Shown here: positions 17,872-27,325 of the stretch, piece after piece
Layout: every line of letters begins with the position of its first letter
Position numbering within the stretch: the first letter of the stretch is position 1
NCBI GenBank assembly: GCA_016839815.1
Contig: JAEOTM010000051.1
Location: forward strand, 1-28,490
DNA from: Candidatus Hodarchaeota archaeon
GTDB lineage: Archaea > Asgardarchaeota > Heimdallarchaeia > Hodarchaeales > Hodarchaeaceae
Direction: 5' to 3'
DNA length: 28,490 nucleotides
Notes under the pieces: model-generated
Seen by the model: the letters and a program-made list of their open reading frames with translations, nothing else
Told to the model about the DNA's origin: nothing
Database searches by the model: none
Translations under genes and position numbers: made by a program

Positions 17872-17905
17872 ATTTTAAAGAATTCAGAGTAGAATTCTTA
17901 AAAAT
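17872..17905 (+). promoter_or_regulatory. Inverted repeat (14-bp arms, 1 mismatch) immediately before the RBS of the phosphoesterase gene; operator or 5'UTR hairpin
   Basis: ATTTTAAAGAATTC-AGAGTA-GAATTCTTAAAAAT, followed by GGTGG (SD-like) and ATG at 17917. Confidence 0.5.
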
Positions 17906-17916
17906 GGTGGATAATA

Positions 17917-19935
17917 ATGAGAATGAAAAAATACCTGTTAATTATAGTTTTAGGTATGGTTCTATTTCCAACAGTAAATGTAATCACCGTTTCAGGGGCT
18001 GCTGGAACCGTAACTTGGTCTCCCACGGAACCTGAACCAGATGACGTGGTTCTCATTGAGTACAACGCTGCTGGTGGACCTTTGGAAGGAATGTCTGACG
18101 TAGAAATGTGGTGGTACATGACAGTAGAAGGAACGAAAAACAATGCTGGAGGAATCCCACCGAGTCACTCGATGTGGCCAGCTGGAACAACCGCTCCAAG
18201 CCTGAGTACGAATTGGTTATATGCAAAAAGCCCCATGACTGAAACATTTACGAATAATTGGGAAGTTAACATTACATGGGATGATATTGCTGATTCAGTT
18301 GTTATTCAATTTAAATCAGGAGCTACTACTGATAATAATGATGGAGATAAGTGGGAAATAGATTCAGCACTGAAAGGTGAACAGATAGGATCCATTAATG
18401 CCGCTTTTTCATGTCCTATGTTTGCGGTACCAGGAGATACAAAGCATATTTTTGTGAATGCATCTCCTTCTGCTACTTCTTGGGATTTATTTGTAGAAGG
18501 AAAGCTAGACTCACCCTTAAGTTTGGCCCCGACAGCTACTTTTAACGCTGTAACTGGCTTATGGGATTTAGAGGTCACTATACCATCTGATCTTCATACA
18601 ATGTTATATGACCTAAGATATACTGCAACAATTAATGGAAATGCAAGGTTTAGGTCTGAATCTCATGCTTTGAAAGTTTTGGGTGAATACAAAACTGATT
18701 ATAATTTCGTGGTTCTTGCTGATCCTCAACATATTCGGGATGGAACCTATCCACCAAATCGGGATGCATCGACAGGAGATGGAAATCTCTCAAAGACCAT
18801 GACTGAAGTAAACCACATTAATCCTGAATTCGTTATTGTTTTAGGAGATATAACAGAGTGGACTGATGAGGTTGCAATGCATAATGCGAAAAAGTGGTAC
18901 ACTCAGTATCTGAATGTTCCCTTGTTCTTAGTACCTGGGAATCATGATGAGTTTGAGCTAACTGGTACTTCTGGCAGTGGAGAATATGGCAGTGGTTTGG
19001 GAGTATACCTAAGAATATTTGGAGGTCTACCCTATATGAAATTCAGTTATGGAACACATCACTTTGTATCTGGGTTTAGCGATGATCAACAAATGGATCC
19101 AAACGGTGCAAATCCTGGACCATATGCTCAGGCAGTGTGGGATCATATAACTGATTCACTGGCATCACCTCCCGCTGGAACGAGCTTGTCATTTTTCATG
19201 TTACATCATCCCCTCTCCCCAAATTATTATGGTAGTGGAGAAAGTGTGGATATGACTACAGAGCTTCTAAATCTTATGAACACCCACAATGTTGATTACT
19301 TCCTGCATGGACATCTACACCGTGATAGATATGATGTTTATGATGGTACAGTTCATATTGGAACAGATAATGCTGTTGGTCTCCCTTCAACTTCTGGTAT
19401 ACGAATTATTGAAATGTCTGGTGATACAATGACACGATTCTCCCATGGTCCAGTTCAACCAGGATTGTATAATGCAACATCCTATCCTCTACTCCAAATA
19501 AACGCTACATATGAGTCGTCCAATGATGGGACAGCCAGTTCAAACACTGCCTATCTTTCAAATGGATTCAATACTTCTTTACCAAATGCGAAAGTTACTT
19601 TTGCTATGGCACCTTCAGGAGCAATGATGCGGTATAAATCCGACGATGGGGCAATCTTAGATACTTGGGTGCAAGATGGGATACAATATGTTGAAGTTGG
19701 AGTTGAACTTAGTGCAATGACAAACATGAGTATCAATATTTTCCAACAACAGGTACCAACAACAGAAGAAACCACAACAACCACTACAAGTACAACTGAT
19801 GAAACAGTTATACCCACGACTGGCGATACTACAACTGAAGAAACCACTGATGACGGTGCACCTGCAGTACCATTAGGATTTATTCTCTCTGTGATTACAA
19901 CAGTAGTAGTAATTCGACGTTCTCGGAAGAAATAA
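17917..19935 (+). CDS. Secreted, surface-anchored calcineurin-like metallophosphoesterase with N-terminal CBM-like and Ig-like domains
   Basis: Signal peptide MRMKKYLLIIVLG; CBM25/53-like 'F.SG..TDNNDG.KW'; MPE motifs LADPQH, LGDITE, PGNHD, LHHP, HGHLH; Thr/Glu linker plus TM plus RRSRKK tail. Confidence 0.88.
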   Translation: MRMKKYLLIIVLGMVLFPTVNVITVSGAAGTVTWSPTEPEPDDVVLIEYNAAGGPLEGMSDVEMWWYMTVEGTKNNAGGIPPSHSMWPAGTTAPSLSTNWLYAKSPMTETFTNNWEVNITWDDIADSVVIQFKSGATTDNNDGDKWEIDSALKGEQIGSINAAFSCPMFAVPGDTKHIFVNASPSATSWDLFVEGKLDSPLSLAPTATFNAVTGLWDLEVTIPSDLHTMLYDLRYTATINGNARFRSESHALKVLGEYKTDYNFVVLADPQHIRDGTYPPNRDASTGDGNLSKTMTEVNHINPEFVIVLGDITEWTDEVAMHNAKKWYTQYLNVPLFLVPGNHDEFELTGTSGSGEYGSGLGVYLRIFGGLPYMKFSYGTHHFVSGFSDDQQMDPNGANPGPYAQAVWDHITDSLASPPAGTSLSFFMLHHPLSPNYYGSGESVDMTTELLNLMNTHNVDYFLHGHLHRDRYDVYDGTVHIGTDNAVGLPSTSGIRIIEMSGDTMTRFSHGPVQPGLYNATSYPLLQINATYESSNDGTASSNTAYLSNGFNTSLPNAKVTFAMAPSGAMMRYKSDDGAILDTWVQDGIQYVEVGVELSAMTNMSINIFQQQVPTTEETTTTTTSTTDETVIPTTGDTTTEETTDDGAPAVPLGFILSVITTVVVIRRSRKK

Positions 19936-19960
19936 AGTCTTCTTCCTCCCTCTCTTTTTC
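19925..19960 (+). terminator. Putative terminator: hairpin over stop codon plus pyrimidine tract
   Basis: GGAAGAA(19925-19931)-8 nt containing TAA-TTCTTCC(19940-19946), then TCCCTCTCTTTTTC. Confidence 0.5.
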
Positions 19961-20094
19961 TTCATATTTGAAGTTGTTCATCTTCTTTTGTTATGTAAAA
20001 TAAGTCTCAGTAGATCGTTAACTAGTTCTAATTTAATTTATCCACTTCAATAATCAATATTGAAAAGATAGATTCAAAGTAAAGATAGATTGTT

Positions 20095-20130
20095 TAAAAA
20101 AGAAAGAAGGGAAGGAATCCTTAGATTCCT
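20095..20130 (-). terminator. Putative terminator of the ABC operon: hairpin with stop codon in the loop plus pyrimidine tract
   Basis: Minus strand AGGAATC-TAAG-GATTCCT followed by TCCCTTCTTTCTTTTTT. Confidence 0.5.
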
Positions 20131-22499
20131 GTGATGGCTTCGGATCGACTCTTTAAGACTACATTCGTCATAAATATCGATGTTGCTTGGATAAACATCA
20201 ATAACACTCCAAGAACGGCAGCCATGGGATATCCTGCTCCACCAAAGGGATCGTTATAGATATTCCAAATTTCCCAAGTGGCTGTTCCATATTTCGCCCT
20301 ATCCAGTGTATAATCCAGAAGAATAATTGTTGTGGACACTTCTGACATACAGTAAACAAGAGAAATTAATCCTCCTGAGAATACACTGATCGCAATCATG
20401 GGTACAGTTACACTTCGCAATGTTTTGACTCGACTTGCTCCAAGATTGAATGCAGCTTCTTCTAATTGGACATCTACCTGTTGCATACCAGCAAATGCAG
20501 AGCGAATAGTGAATGTAAACTTCCGCACTGTGTAAGAAATGACTAACAATGGAACCGGATTATAGATAGGATCTAAAAGTCCAAAAAACTTAAAGTCCCC
20601 AATATAAAACAAGATGAAATATCCGAAACCTATGATAATCCCCGGTATTGCTAAGGGAAGAGTCACTATTGTATCTAAAATACTTTTACCAGGAAAATCT
20701 TTTCGAGCAAGAAGATACGCTGTTATTGTCGCCATAAATATAATGAGAAGAGTAGCCAAAATTGAATAAACAAACATATTAATGATTGACCCTAGGATCT
20801 CGTTTGCTTGATCTCTTTGAAGTTTATTCGGAGTTCCTCCTATATTGAAAAAAACCAAGAAGCTCCGGAGACCAGTGCCAGCTGGCGCGATATTTTTAAT
20901 ATACCAGTCAATAGCAACTAAAAAGCCTATTATTGTTGATAAAATACTCCCTATCATCACAGCAATACCTAACTGATGTATACTTTTTCTTCTATGCTGA
21001 TAGAGATAGTAAAATCCAAAACTAAAGGGAATTATCATTCCAAATAAAAGCAAAAATATAATTAAACCCTCCATTCCAAAAGCAAAGGTCATCGTTCCAA
21101 TATGGGGGATCAATGCGGAAGGAAGAAATACTATAAAAATTACCCATAGAATGAGAATAAGTTTCGGACCTGCAGGTTGTGTTCTAGGTTCTCCAACCCG
21201 TCCTTTGCTTATCATTGCATAATGTTTCAAAGAAACAAAACGTCTGATAAGAAGAAATCCAGCTACAGCTACGAATACAAGAAAAGCTGCTAACGCGGCA
21301 TATTTTCCAGCAACGACATATCCTTCTCCTCCCACAGTCGAAGTAATAACCTCACTAAATACTAAAGTTGGTAAAAAGTCAAATTTATCCCCTGTTTCTA
21401 ATGTATTGAAGATTAATGGAGTTCCTAGATCTTCAATCGCCAATATGAATGCTAGTATAGCTCCTGCAGCTAATCCAGGCATGGCTAAGGGAATTGTGAT
21501 TGACCGAATTAACTGCGATCCTTTTGCTCCGAGATTTTCAGCTGATTCTTCTAAGCTAGGATCAATATTGACAAGAGAGCTATAAACATTTAAGTATACA
21601 AGGGTATAAAAATGCAGGAACTGAACGAAGACAATTCCGACCGCACCACCCAAAATTATCTGCAAGTTGAAATTTTCAAATAGGAATCGATTTATGAGTC
21701 CTGCTGGATTTCCTGGAAGATAATACCCAAGGATCATTTGGAAACCAATAATCGAGACAAACGGAGGTATTATTAAGGGGAGTAAAATCAAGGGTCTGAA
21801 AAAGTTTTTTCCAGGGAATGTGTATCTTGCCATGATAAATGCAAATAGGATTCCGAAAACTGTTGAAAATAATGTTGTGGCCAACGCAACAATGATACTG
21901 TTCAATAATCCACCCATGTTAGGACCTTGAATAATCCATTTGGTTCCATTTGGACGGCCCTCAATCTGAATAGGAATTTCAACCGCTTTAATCATGTTGA
22001 GTTCATTCCAGAAAAAGCCCGTAAAAAATAAGAGCATAAACATAATTAGAGCAATTATTGTCCAACCCATATATTTTCCTTGAAAACTAATAGGAACGCT
22101 AGCACGCTTTTGAATTTTCCAGTAATAAAGGATGAGAAGGATAATGAGAAATACAAACGCCCACATCCATATAGCAGAGAGAGAGGCCTTAAGAGGATCT
22201 TGAGAAACCGCAATACCAAAATCTCCGCCCCAGATACGTGAATCCTGAAAAATATCAAGAAATGGTTTGAATAAAAAATCATCTACCTGTGTACCAGTAA
22301 AAATTTTCGGAATATTTGTTAAATCGGCAAGGATATCCCCGCTACTGGTAACTGACCAATAAAGAATGGTAATGATTGGAATTATTAAGAAAATAATGAA
22401 AAATCCAAAAATAAATAGCAGAAATACTGAGGATCCAAAGCCTAGCTCAAATTTAAGCTTCTCCCAATCTTCCCGTATCCGTTGCAGTGAAAAACCCAT
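20121..22499 (-). CDS. ABC transporter permease, fused double TMD (FbpB/ThiP/AfuB family)
   Basis: Two EAA loops (LEESAENLGA, LEEAAFNLGA), FPGK and PL..PPFV / LPLAIPGI motifs. Start revised to ATG 22499 (GGAG SD upstream) because the ORF-track start 22586 overlaps the upstream gene. Confidence 0.9.
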   Translation of the reverse strand: MGFSLQRIREDWEKLKFELGFGSSVFLLFIFGFFIIFLIIPIITILYWSVTSSGDILADLTNIPKIFTGTQVDDFLFKPFLDIFQDSRIWGGDFGIAVSQDPLKASLSAIWMWAFVFLIILLILYYWKIQKRASVPISFQGKYMGWTIIALIMFMLLFFTGFFWNELNMIKAVEIPIQIEGRPNGTKWIIQGPNMGGLLNSIIVALATTLFSTVFGILFAFIMARYTFPGKNFFRPLILLPLIIPPFVSIIGFQMILGYYLPGNPAGLINRFLFENFNLQIILGGAVGIVFVQFLHFYTLVYLNVYSSLVNIDPSLEESAENLGAKGSQLIRSITIPLAMPGLAAGAILAFILAIEDLGTPLIFNTLETGDKFDFLPTLVFSEVITSTVGGEGYVVAGKYAALAAFLVFVAVAGFLLIRRFVSLKHYAMISKGRVGEPRTQPAGPKLILILWVIFIVFLPSALIPHIGTMTFAFGMEGLIIFLLLFGMIIPFSFGFYYLYQHRRKSIHQLGIAVMIGSILSTIIGFLVAIDWYIKNIAPAGTGLRSFLVFFNIGGTPNKLQRDQANEILGSIINMFVYSILATLLIIFMATITAYLLARKDFPGKSILDTIVTLPLAIPGIIIGFGYFILFYIGDFKFFGLLDPIYNPVPLLVISYTVRKFTFTIRSAFAGMQQVDVQLEEAAFNLGASRVKTLRSVTVPMIAISVFSGGLISLVYCMSEVSTTIILLDYTLDRAKYGTATWEIWNIYNDPFGGAGYPMAAVLGVLLMFIQATSIFMTNVVLKSRSEAITGI

Positions 22500-22516
22500 G
22501 ATTGTTATCTCCATTG

Positions 22517-22550
22517 AAAAAAAAAGGTTAGAGGATGAAACTTCATCCTC
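22517..22550 (-). terminator. Intra-operon hairpin plus U9 tract between the binding-protein and permease genes
   Basis: Minus strand GAGGATGAA-GT-TTCATCCTC (perfect 9-bp inverted repeat containing the TGA stop), then TAACC and TTTTTTTTT. Confidence 0.6.
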
Positions 22551-24663
22551 GTCTTCGACTTGTGACACCATATCCTGCAAGAGCAATTAGACTTAAGACT
22601 AGGGCAAGACCTTCGAATCCGGGAGCGGGTTTCCATTCAGTTTCTTCTTTTTCATTTTTCACATGGATATTTATTTCGACTGTTTGGGTGTTCCCTGCGG
22701 TATATGTTACAACCATCCTAAGTATATACTCACCGTCAGAAATCAAAGACGTGTTGAATGTTGCTTCCATCAATGAAAAATCTGATGTAAAAGTCCATTC
22801 CGCAGTTGTTCCGACAATGGAGATAGTTACTGATGAAACGAAATAAGGGTCACTATCTTGGGCAAAAGCTGAAATGGATATTGTCTCATTTACTGTTGCA
22901 TTCAATAATGGCGTAGTAAACGCAGCTAGTGGTGGGGGAATATCTTTACCTACGTATATATTAAGTGTATCACTTACACTACGGCCTGTGAATTCATATG
23001 CATCTACTGAAACGGAGTGTGAACCATTTGTCGCAGTTGAAGTGTCCCACATGGTGGAAAAGGTCGATATACCATCAACAGTGGAAGATGGCATCATCTG
23101 AGTAGAAACTGGGGTTCCATCAACAGAGAAAGTGATGTTTTTTACCGAATATTCAAATGAATAATCACGATAATCGACCACTTCAGCTGTAATAGGGACC
23201 GTTCCTAAGAGTACTTCTTCTTCAGTTAAGCTAGTAATATCAATGGCAAATTCATTAAAGAAAATACCATCATTATTATCATCACCCTTTTCAGCATCAA
23301 CACTTGCACTAATTCCACTATAACGGCTTAGAGCAGCACTTCTAAACTGATTTAGAAGAGAATCCTTAATTGTGGGATCAGCCAAATATTCATCCTGTAA
23401 ATCTCTCGTTTCCTCTAAAGTTATTGATGGAGCAGCGAATTCTCGCGCCAGAGATCTAAACTCCTCTAAAGAAATTTCCTGATTGTCATACGCGCTTCCT
23501 AATGTTTCCCAAGCCGAGTAGAGTTGTGTAGTTGATTGTGTGAAACATGCATGGAAATAAAAAGTCACAATATCGTAAAGATCACCTGCCAATCCTTCGT
23601 CAAACTCAGTTCCAGAGGCATTCAGAGTTTTAAGGTAGCTTTGATAGAGTTGAGGCCTTTCATATCCATTAACTTCCAACGATTTATCAAATGCAGATGC
23701 AACCATAGGTAGACGATTAAATGCTTTATCAAGCCAAATAGCTTGCCCTTCGGGGGACATAACGAACTGAATAAATCGCTCTGTCGCTTCCTTTTCCTCA
23801 CCTTCGGAACCCTTAGCGATTGCGATAGGATCAGCATTTACAATAGTTTCAAATTCTGGGATAATGTATTCACAATCATCATTTTGTTCCTCTGCCTGAT
23901 ACCCATAGAAATCGATAGTCATAGCGATAGCTTGTGAACCAGTAATAACAGAATCTCGTGTGTTATCAGAAGAGTCGAAAATTTTAGAATTTCCAGCCAT
24001 ACGTGTTATTATGTCCCACCCAGCTTCCCAGCCGAATTTTTGAAGAATAATTTGATAGACTCGAGTATTGGAGGTTGTTTCGGGAGCGTCCCCCATTCCT
24101 ATTGCATGAGTATTCGTTCCAAGGAAGTAATCTGTTGATGCGAGTTCTTCCCACGAATGTGGTACTGAAAGACCGTACGCAGCAAGATTGGCATGGTTAA
24201 CAGTAAATCCGAATGAGGAAAGCGCGGCTCCAACCCATAAGAATTCATCAGTGGTTTCATTTCTCCTAAACATATCTCCTCCGGCAACAGTTTCACTGAT
24301 GTTCGCGTCTATGTAAGCAATCAATTCTGGATTTTCAAGAGGTAACATAAGACCAGCATCAGCAATAATATTAAATATCGTCGGTCCACCGCCCCACAAG
24401 AGATCGATGGAATAAGAGGGACTGTTTATTGCTGTTGCCCATCTAGTTTGATCGGAAATTTCTAGCCATTGGATGTCATCTACATCAGGGTTTCGGGCTA
24501 GAAAAGCAGTCTCAAAGGCACCATACATAGTCGCATTATGTCGAGTAATTCCTTGGAGGACGATACCTTGAGGTTTAGCGATAGCATTTTTCATACCAGC
24601 TTGAAGAACCAAAATAAGGAGGATGTTCAAAGCTATTATTGCAAAAATCTTCTTAGTTTTCAT
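22543..24663 (-). CDS. ABC transporter substrate-binding protein (FbpA/AfuA-like) with two Ig-like domains and a PGF-CTERM-like anchor
   Basis: Signal peptide; ITRH, D..WGGGPT.F, AALSSFGFTVN, P.SWEELAS, DAPETTSNTR, IDFYGY, NADPIAI, A..FI.FV.S.EGQ, NRLP; Big-like repeats (WDTSTATNGSHSVSVDAY; FNTSLISDGEY.L); PAPGFE-TM-RRRG. Confidence 0.88.
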   Translation of the reverse strand: MKTKKIFAIIALNILLILVLQAGMKNAIAKPQGIVLQGITRHNATMYGAFETAFLARNPDVDDIQWLEISDQTRWATAINSPSYSIDLLWGGGPTIFNIIADAGLMLPLENPELIAYIDANISETVAGGDMFRRNETTDEFLWVGAALSSFGFTVNHANLAAYGLSVPHSWEELASTDYFLGTNTHAIGMGDAPETTSNTRVYQIILQKFGWEAGWDIITRMAGNSKIFDSSDNTRDSVITGSQAIAMTIDFYGYQAEEQNDDCEYIIPEFETIVNADPIAIAKGSEGEEKEATERFIQFVMSPEGQAIWLDKAFNRLPMVASAFDKSLEVNGYERPQLYQSYLKTLNASGTEFDEGLAGDLYDIVTFYFHACFTQSTTQLYSAWETLGSAYDNQEISLEEFRSLAREFAAPSITLEETRDLQDEYLADPTIKDSLLNQFRSAALSRYSGISASVDAEKGDDNNDGIFFNEFAIDITSLTEEEVLLGTVPITAEVVDYRDYSFEYSVKNITFSVDGTPVSTQMMPSSTVDGISTFSTMWDTSTATNGSHSVSVDAYEFTGRSVSDTLNIYVGKDIPPPLAAFTTPLLNATVNETISISAFAQDSDPYFVSSVTISIVGTTAEWTFTSDFSLMEATFNTSLISDGEYILRMVVTYTAGNTQTVEINIHVKNEKEETEWKPAPGFEGLALVLSLIALAGYGVTSRRRG

Positions 24664-24694
24664 TTCTTTTTCACCTTTTTATAATTTTAAATTG

Positions 24695-25777
24695 CTAATA
24701 GGCATTCGGTCCAAAAGCAAAGACTTGAGAGGGTTCAACCTGAACAAATACATTTTGACCGACTTTTACAGGATCAGATAAGCCTTCTGATCTCTTGATA
24801 ATTATATCAACCCCACCGGCTAGACGGCAGGTAATTCTTTCATGATCTCCCATAAACATGACAGTTCGTATACGACCAGGCATTTGATTTTTTGTCAGAT
24901 CTTCTGTGAAGTCAACTTTGATTTTTTCTGGACGAAGAACAACTTTAGCTGGCTTTCCTTCTTCCAAATCAATAGTATATGAGGATTTCAAGGTTCGAGT
25001 TGAGTTTGGAATACTCAAAGTGCCTTGACCATTGGCTTTAGAAGCAACAGGTAGTTCTAGATGGTTGGCTTCCCCAATGAATGTTCCAACAAAAGCATTA
25101 GCAGGAGATTCCCAGATTGCCCTAGGTTTTCCTGTTTGACGAACCACACCTTGATCCATAACAATAATGAAATCGGAGATACTTAAAGCCTCTTCTTGAT
25201 CATGGGTTACATATAGAGCAGTTAAATCAAGATTTTTTACCAAATCTCTTATTTCTCGACGAGTTTCTACCCGAAGCTTAGCATCTAAGTTAGATAAAGG
25301 TTCATCCAGTAGTAAAACATCAGGATTCACTACTAATGATCGTGCAACAGCAATACGTTGTTGTTGGCCACCTGAAAGCTTGTTTGGCATACGATCGCCG
25401 AATTTGCCCATGTCTACCATCTCTAAAGCACTTTGGGCTCTCCTGTTTTGTTCTTCCTTGGGTACATTACGTAATTTCAATCCATATGTTACATTATTAT
25501 GGACAGACATATGAGGCCATAACGCATAATTCTGAAACACCATGGCAGTATTTCGTTCTTGTGGAGGCATGGTAGTTACATCTCTGTCACCAAAAAATAT
25601 TTTTCCTCCATCAGGATAATAAAAGCCTGCAATTGCACGAAGAGTAGTAGATTTACCGCAACCAGAGGGACCTAATAGAGTTAAAATCTCTCCTTCACGA
25701 ACCTCGAAAGAGACTTCTCTAACGGCAACAATTTCACCAAATTTCTTCATCACTTTTTCTAATCGAACTTCAACCAT
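24695..25777 (-). CDS. ABC transporter ATP-binding subunit (FbpC/PotA/MalK family, C-terminal TOBE)
   Basis: Walker A GPSGCGKST, Q-loop VFQNYALWPHM, LSGGQQQR, Walker B LLLDEPLSNLDAKLR, YVTHDQEEA. Confidence 0.96.
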   Translation of the reverse strand: MVEVRLEKVMKKFGEIVAVREVSFEVREGEILTLLGPSGCGKSTTLRAIAGFYYPDGGKIFFGDRDVTTMPPQERNTAMVFQNYALWPHMSVHNNVTYGLKLRNVPKEEQNRRAQSALEMVDMGKFGDRMPNKLSGGQQQRIAVARSLVVNPDVLLLDEPLSNLDAKLRVETRREIRDLVKNLDLTALYVTHDQEEALSISDFIIVMDQGVVRQTGKPRAIWESPANAFVGTFIGEANHLELPVASKANGQGTLSIPNSTRTLKSSYTIDLEEGKPAKVVLRPEKIKVDFTEDLTKNQMPGRIRTVMFMGDHERITCRLAGGVDIIIKRSEGLSDPVKVGQNVFVQVEPSQVFAFGPNAY

Positions 25778-25794
25778 TCGTATATACTCTCCAT

Positions 25795-26949
25795 TTATTT
25801 AGAATTATTTCTTCGTTTCTTATGTATAGTAAAGGGGACAACTAATGCTAATAAAGCCTGGATATAGTTTAGAAACGGCGTTGTTTCTTCATCAGTTGTT
25901 GTGGTAGTCGTTGTGGGTTCCTCTGATTCTTCAACTGTTGTAGTTGTTGTTGTAGTTGTTGTAGGTTCTTCTGTAGTAGTGGTAGTAGTAGTTGGTTCTA
26001 CTATCAGACCAGCATCGACAAAGGCCGTATACCAGACGTTTGCAGTTTCAAAACTCGCATTCACTAATCTTTGAGTATAGCTCCCATCCATACCTCCAGT
26101 TTTATTCCATACAGCGTCTATCCACTCAACTGTACCATATGTGTATCCATCAACATCCACAACTGAAAGTATTTCATCAGCGACAGCTTGTCCTGACTGA
26201 ATACCCCGTAAACTAGCCATATAAGGGACGACATACCTTGCAGACCCAGATATTGAATCTAATAATGTATGAACTTCGTCAGGGTAGCGTTGTTGAATAA
26301 GAGTATTCTCTACCATCCCATGAATTCCGCTTTGGCCACCTTGATAAAACATCCCAGCATCATCCCCCGAGGCTGGCACTCTTTGCCCATCATAATAACT
26401 TACTGCATGGAAAGGCATCCAAGAATCTTGGACATAATGGGCAAGCATACACATATCCATCAGAACTGTTTCTGAATCCCAAGCATAGGTTTGGAGGTCT
26501 TGGGTTAATTGAATTGACCAATTCTCCGCAGCCCAGCTAGCAACTCCTAATTGATAGTCACTATAATCTCTGGGATCTCCAGTATCCGGTCTTGGTCCCT
26601 GAAAAGGAGGTTGTGGATGATGGGTGGCGTTACCATATATATCAGGCCGAACATCAGCGTCAATAAAGTGTCTGGGCTCTTCCTTCGCATAGGCGATAGG
26701 GTCAGATTCCACTTGGCTTCTAATGGTATCTGGTTCCCGTGAATGGTCATAGAAGAATTGAAGTTTAGTCATCAAATCCGTACTCCATGGTTCAGGCATT
26801 AATCGAATTGCCACTTCTGAGATCCATCCATGAGTATTCCCACTCCAAGCTTTTACAGGTTTTGGATTCATTGCTGGGTTGTTAAGTAAAGATAACGAAC
26901 TAAACACAAGCATTACAAAAATAAAAACATATTTTTTCGAGAAAGACAT
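25795..26949 (-). CDS. Secreted, surface-anchored Zn-dependent phospholipase C / S1-P1 nuclease family protein
   Basis: Signal peptide ending KA|WSGNTH (Trp1 and His6 Zn ligands), EPD, HFIDAD, HYVQDSWMPFH, HGMVE; Thr-rich linker, TM helix, KKRR tail. Confidence 0.88.
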   Translation of the reverse strand: MSFSKKYVFIFVMLVFSSLSLLNNPAMNPKPVKAWSGNTHGWISEVAIRLMPEPWSTDLMTKLQFFYDHSREPDTIRSQVESDPIAYAKEEPRHFIDADVRPDIYGNATHHPQPPFQGPRPDTGDPRDYSDYQLGVASWAAENWSIQLTQDLQTYAWDSETVLMDMCMLAHYVQDSWMPFHAVSYYDGQRVPASGDDAGMFYQGGQSGIHGMVENTLIQQRYPDEVHTLLDSISGSARYVVPYMASLRGIQSGQAVADEILSVVDVDGYTYGTVEWIDAVWNKTGGMDGSYTQRLVNASFETANVWYTAFVDAGLIVEPTTTTTTTEEPTTTTTTTTTVEESEEPTTTTTTTDEETTPFLNYIQALLALVVPFTIHKKRRNNSK

Positions 26950-27033
26950 AATTACACTCTCGTTTTACTTTCTTATTAGGTTTCATGAGTGAGTTGAAAA
27001 ATATTTTCCCTGAAAGTTTATCCCAATCTTTTC

Positions 27034-27049
27034 TATTTATACTTTTTTT
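27034..27049 (-). promoter_or_regulatory. Candidate BRE-TATA promoter of the nuclease/ABC operon
   Basis: Minus strand AAAAAAAG-TATAAATA, about 85 nt upstream of the ATG at 26949. Confidence 0.45.
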
Positions 27050-27325
27050 GTAGTCTGCAATTAAAATTTGATTATCTTACAGATGAGATTTGAAAGTAAT
27101 TACAAGTTTACGACTAACAATTGTGAGAAGGTCAACATAAATTGGCTATACTTGAAGTTAGAATTTCAGATGATTATTCTTAGTGCTTTACACTAAAATA
27201 TTCACTAATTGATATGATTGAAAACAAAGCTAGGGTATTCAGAATAACCAAGAACTAAGAATGTAAGTAGTTCAACTGATACAATCAATAATTGAAATTA
27301 AAGGATCGATTATTATTGGTTTTTG

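Noticed and set aside
22500-22586. N-terminal 29-aa extension of the permease in the ORF track
   Set aside because: It overlaps the SBP gene end and a terminator-like hairpin; ATG 22499 has a good GGAG SD.
25890-26000. Short gtt/gta repeats resembling a microsatellite or CRISPR-like array
   Set aside because: They encode the poly-Thr linker; there is no repeat-spacer periodicity.
26950-27325. About 375-nt AT-rich intergenic region as ncRNA or replication origin
   Set aside because: No GC-rich stems, tRNA fold, C/D boxes or ORB-like G-string repeats recognised; only a promoter candidate.
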